NCBI GenBank assembly: GCA_018398765.1
Contig: JAHBMJ010000361.1
Location: 1 to 49,556, forward strand
DNA: 49,556 nucleotides
Reading direction: 5' to 3'
DNA from: Chromera velia
Taxonomy: Eukaryota
The position numbers were made by a program, and so were the translations under genes. Under the pieces are notes generated by a model. That model was not told the origin of the DNA and made no database searches. It saw nothing but the letters and a program-made list of their open reading frames with translations. Shown here piece after piece: positions 47,558-49,556 of this stretch (positions are counted from its first letter, which is position 1; each line of letters begins with the position of its first letter).

Positions 47558-49556
47558 GGTGTGTGTGGTGTGTGCAGAGAGGGGGGGAGCAGGACCAGCA
47601 TCGCTCCGTCGGGATCGGAGAAAGAGAAGGAGAACACCATCGGGGGTGTGTGGAAGGGAGCCCTGTGTCCCTGCCGCTCGATCCTCAAGAAGGGGGGAAT
47701 GAGGGACGCCGCCCTTGCCCCGAGGGTTGGATCTCATGCATCGGTGGCTGCTTCCATCACCCTCTCTGTCTCTGAGCCCCCCACAACGATAGGGTCCCCT
47801 GGGAGGAAGAAAAGTTCTATTTCCGGAAAAGCCGCTGTGTGTTGCTGTGGAGACATCATGCAGTCTCCTGCCAGCAAGTTCGACAGGAGACGGAGAGACG
47901 CAGGGGGAGAGCTGAAGGTCCGGATGGAACCAGAGGATGGTCTGACCTTCGTGCAGGTCTTCGAATACCCGTATGGGTACGTTGGGGGGGGTGGACTCTC
48001 GTGGGAGAAGTTCTTGTACAGTGGGGATATTCAGAGTGTGTGTATCCACAGAAGTGCATGTGTACGTTCTTGAAAACCAAGCGGTTTTGGTTGGTAGTGT
48101 AATGCATGTACGCACTCGTTTGATGGCTCCCAGGACTCCAAGCTTGAAGGCATCTATCAGGTTTCTGTCACACTTCTCTCTGATTCTTTTGCTGAGGCTT
48201 GACTTACTTTTTCTTTCTTCTGGGAGGCTGCACACACATTTGATTGCATGCTTGTATGTATTATGTATTTTTTTTTTGCATGCATGAATGCAGATACGAA
48301 GGAGTCGACTCTCCGCAGTCCCGCAGAAGCTTCTCGTCCATCTCCGCTGCCGGTGCTTCTCCTTCAAAAAACCGAAGTTTCCTCTCTCCCATGTCTGCTG
48401 GGTTGACCCCCGATCGCACCAGCAGTCCCGGAGGCTCAGACGCATCAGGAGAGCCTGAGACAGAATCGCTCTTTGGTTATTGTGTGGTCAGGTCAGATGC
48501 GGGAAGTGCGGGGGAAGAGGAAGACGAGGAGGAGGACGAGGATGATCCTGAGGACCCGGACTACCAAACGTTGAGAGCCAACACTTACATCAATGCCCTC
48601 CCCTTGGAATTCCAACAGTCCATGGGGTTCATCGGCCCAGACGGGGGCATTCCCGTGTCTAGCGGTGAGGGGACGATTCTTGATGCATCGCAGCAGCCGA
48701 ATTGTATGATCAGCCTGCCCAGTATGCCGTCCACTCAGGGGGGTCTGTCAACCCCCGGGTGTCCTGGGTTGCCGATCATGGGCCGTAACACTCCTGGGGG
48801 GCTGGGTCTTGCAGGAAGCTCTCCGGGGTCAGCAGACAGTGCGTCATCCCGTCGCGCAACGCTCCCCTGTGCTCCCTCTGTGTTGCTTCCCATATCGAAA
48901 AAGGGGGTCGGTATGATGCTAGGAGGAAGTGGATTCGGGACGCAAAGCGGGGAGGAGACGAAGAGAAGTGCGTCCCTAGGGAACGATCCCTCCTCAAAAA
49001 ATGCAGCAGCAGCAGCAGGTGGGGGGGGGCCGCTTCTCCCCATTGCAGCATTGAGCTCTTCTCGAAGAAGCAGCCATACTGCGATTTCCTTCAGTGAACA
49101 ACCCGATGTCAAAGAAATCTCCCCACAGAAAGCGCGCCCCATGTCAGCAAATCCCACCGTAGGTCAGAGCGGTGGCTCCCCTATCGACGCCTCGCCAGTA
49201 CTTTGGGTCGAGGGGTCTGGATCGGTTGTTCAGAGCAGAAGGGGCTCGAGAGTTACGATCAATTTGGAAACCGAATCAGATGCTGACCCCGCTAGCCACT
49301 CGACCGGCAGATCTTCTCAACCCTCGTCGGCATCTAACGGGTCTCGCGGGCTTAGAAAGGCGTTGCGTAGAGAATCCGTTGAAGCGTGTGGAGGGGGTGC
49401 AACATCGCGAAATGCTGGGGGAGGGCGTACGATGCCGCATTCAGCCAGTGCGGCGACTGGCGGTACTGCCTCTGAGAAGTTGTTGGGGGGGTTCGGAGGC
49501 CTCCCTCCCACTGGAAGTCAAACGACTGCGGCTGCAAAAGGCAAAGGGGGGGGGGG
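45237..49556 (+). CDS. Large Ser/Pro/Gly-rich hypothetical protein, at least 4 exons, running off the window end
   Basis: Phase-compatible exons 45237-45329, 45472-47042, 47593-47970 and 48294 onward; the last appears to stay open to the window edge. Contains RSILKK and KVRMEP...FVQVFEYP. Confidence 0.72.

Overview
Eukaryotic nuclear DNA with spliceosomal introns and many microsatellites. Bipartite plastid-type leaders and TGCATGCA motifs suggest a photosynthetic alveolate such as a chromerid (inference). I could assemble five genes by hand. (1) A 7-exon NUDT5-like Nudix hydrolase (-, 1129-5043) lies head-to-head with (2) an intronless type II GGPP synthase (+, 5856-7034); both carry signal + transit-peptide-like leaders. 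(3) A 6-exon gene for a TRAF-like Zn finger + SPRY/ConA-like protein (-, 32290-36522). (4, 5) Two low-complexity genes (37500-40409; 45237 to beyond the window end). A repeat-rich block at ~8.1-25 kb holds a full-length decayed LTR retrotransposon (16656-24601; 321-bp LTRs, ATCTT target-site duplication). It has Copia order and Copia RT/RNase H, but a Gypsy-like integrase followed by a possible Tudor/chromo-barrel module. The strongest signal: all 26 differences between the two LTRs are C/T or G/A transitions, mostly CpA>TpA and CpG, and the internal stop codons fit the same process, suggesting RIP-like or methylation-driven repeat hypermutation outside fungi. Twelve of 16 inferred splice donors have C at +3 (eight are GTCAGT).
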